NCBI GenBank assembly: GCA_030668875.1
Contig: DAOVER010000087.1
Location: 1-7,790, forward strand
Origin: Candidatus Heimdallarchaeota archaeon
Lineage (GTDB): Archaea; Asgardarchaeota; Heimdallarchaeia; Heimdallarchaeales; Heimdallarchaeaceae
Reading direction: 5' to 3'
Length of the DNA stretch: 7,790 bases
In this document: piece by piece, positions 6,381 through 7,790 of the stretch
Layout: each line of letters begins with the position of its first letter
Position numbering within the stretch: the first letter of the stretch is position 1
Position numbers and translations under genes: made by a program
The notes under the pieces: generated by a model
Database searches by the model: none
What the model was told of the DNA's origin: nothing
Seen by the model: the letters and a program-made list of their open reading frames with translations, nothing else

Positions 6381-6476
6381 CTATTTTTTTCTTCGTTGCA
6401 ACACCGCTAAACCAAAGACAAAAAATAGAATACTCATAGCTGGGAGGAGAAGAGAGAACGTTTGAAACTCTGGTAT
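6381..6476 (-). other. PEF-CTERM-like C-terminal sorting signal
   Basis: IPEF, then the TM helix FSLLLPAMSILFFVFGLAVL, then basic QRRKK and stop: the tripartite layout of archaeosortase/exosortase targets. Confidence 0.75.
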
Positions 6477-6485
6477 AACCGCTAA

Positions 6486-7106
6486 AACAGTAAATAAGTA
6501 ATATAAACCAGAGTTGTCCTCTGTAGATTCATTGTGGTTAAAAGAATTGTCTACAGCAGTAACGTAGTATTCAATAATGTCGTTAACTGTAAAGGAACCT
6601 ATTGTCACAGAATAAAGATCACCGCTCACAAGAGTCATACTAACTTCTGTCCAAATTCCACCATTAACCCTGTAATGGAGTGTAACGGTATAAATACCTG
6701 AATCATCAGTGACGGTAGCATTGATACAAATAGTGTCTAGTTCTGTTGGTGTAGAGGGAGAATAAATAACACCAGTAATGCTTGGACCAGTAACATCAGA
6801 AGAACCTACTATTATAGTATAATAGAGCCCTCCATTATCTTCTGTAGATTCATTGTTGTCGATAGAATTATCTACAGCACTAACGTAGTACTCAATGGTG
6901 TCACTATCCGCAAAAGAACCGATAGTGACAGAATAGAGGTCACCACTTATAAGAATCATACTTACTTCCGTCCATGTTCCACTATTGACTCTATAGTGTA
7001 GAGCAACTGATTGCACACCATAAGGGCTAGTGACAATGGCAGTAATACTAATAGTATCTAGTTCTGTTGGAGTAGAGGGAGAGTGGATAATAGTTGTAAT
7101 AACAGG
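6486..7106 (-). repeat. Two tandem ~100-aa Ig-like domains (6807..7106 and 6486..6785), period 321 nt
   Basis: 70/100 identical residues by manual alignment, e.g. SPSTPTELDTI, LHYRVN.G.WTEVSM, SGDLYSVTIGSF, IEYYV.AVDNS, NESTEDN.GLYY. Confidence 0.95.
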
Positions 7107-7561
7107 GGCACCAAGAAATACTGTAGGTTTGTCAAAAGGATAAAGATCGATTGCTCCAGCAGAACCATCAATTGCATAAGAACCGGTTCCTGACCAATCT
7201 GACCAGTAATTACCTTCTAAAGCTAAAGTATCATACCAATAGTTGCTAGCTCCATCATCACATGCTTGGGATGTTCCACCTAGATTATTGGCTACAAAGT
7301 TATTATGGTGAACACGAGAATTATCAGAACTAGCGGATAGGTATACACCATATCCTACATTTCTCCACAGAACATTGTAAGTAACGTTACCATAAACAGA
7401 CTCGTAAATATAGATGCCTATGTTGTTATTTTTGTTACAAATGTTGCTTACAACCGTAGTAAAACCAGAATACTCAATCAAAATACCATCACCATTGTTA
7501 TTACAAGTGTTGTTAGAAACAGTAGAAGAATCAGAAGCGTAAAGATAGATACCGTTAGCAA

Positions 7562-7790
7562 CAGATGATTAAAATCTTATTCAATCTTGCCAGAAGTCTC
7601 TGAGTTGTCCCCCATTGCATGTTGAGGTGGTGATGGTTAATCCCTCTCCAATTTTCTTCCATTTTTCTACGAGTTTATATAGGAAAGTGCTGATATATGG
7701 GTAGTGCTTGGCGAAAACTCGCCATATTTATGGTTCGCAAGTGTTTGAATACTTGTCCCTCAGTTAATAAAGCTTGAACCATACAGCACG
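7562..7790. other. Unidentified segment abutting the truncated surface gene; possibly the end of a mobile element
   Basis: Beta-helix periodicity is lost abruptly near 7560 and in-frame stops appear. G+C is 87/210 (41%) over 7581-7790. Two small hairpins are present. No recognisable transposase motif. Confidence 0.3.

Larger units (their letters stand above)
6381..7568 (-). pseudogene. 5'-truncated cell-surface glycoprotein: parallel beta-helix (NosD-like) repeats, two Ig-like domains, PEF-CTERM-like sorting signal
   Basis: The frame is open back to stop 7569-7571. NGIYLYASDSSTVSNNTCNNNGDGILIEY continues upstream of the ORF-track TTG 7481. It contains the typical GNYWSDW...YAIDG...DLYP motif and several N-x-S/T sequons. 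No start Met or signal peptide is present. Confidence 0.75.

Noticed and set aside
6381-7481. TTG 7481 as the true start of the surface protein
   Set aside because: Beta-helix repeats continue in frame upstream, and a protein with a C-terminal sorting signal would need a signal peptide, which is absent.
7770-7790. CGTGCTGTATGGTTC (minus strand) as a group II intron domain V half
   Set aside because: It lacks the canonical bulge, the 5' half is outside the window, and no domain VI or AY end appears at a suitable distance from the junction.

Overview
AT-rich window that looks archaeal: BRE/TATA promoters, oligo-T terminators, a beta-helix surface protein with a PEF-type C-terminal sorting signal, and a wHTH+TM regulator. 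An Asgard/Heimdallarchaeia-like origin is a guess. Apparently intact genes are a membrane-anchored hypothetical protein, a winged-helix regulator fused to about 6 TM helices, a DinB/YfiT protein, an alpha/beta hydrolase with an atypical nucleophile elbow, and a SplB/COG1533-like radical SAM enzyme whose C-terminal ~80 aa align by eye to the DNA polymerase beta 8-kDa (HHH_8) domain. Around them are many damaged genes, mostly not shown by the ORF track: a 4Fe-4S dicluster remnant, a start-less 113-bp duplicate of the regulator's membrane module joined to a 5'-truncated PNPOx-like gene, a second PNPOx-like gene split by a frameshift in an A7 run, an SRPBCC/AHSA1 remnant, and a surface glycoprotein gene cut at its 5' end by an unrelated, GC-richer segment. 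All family calls come from motif recognition by eye; no searches were run.
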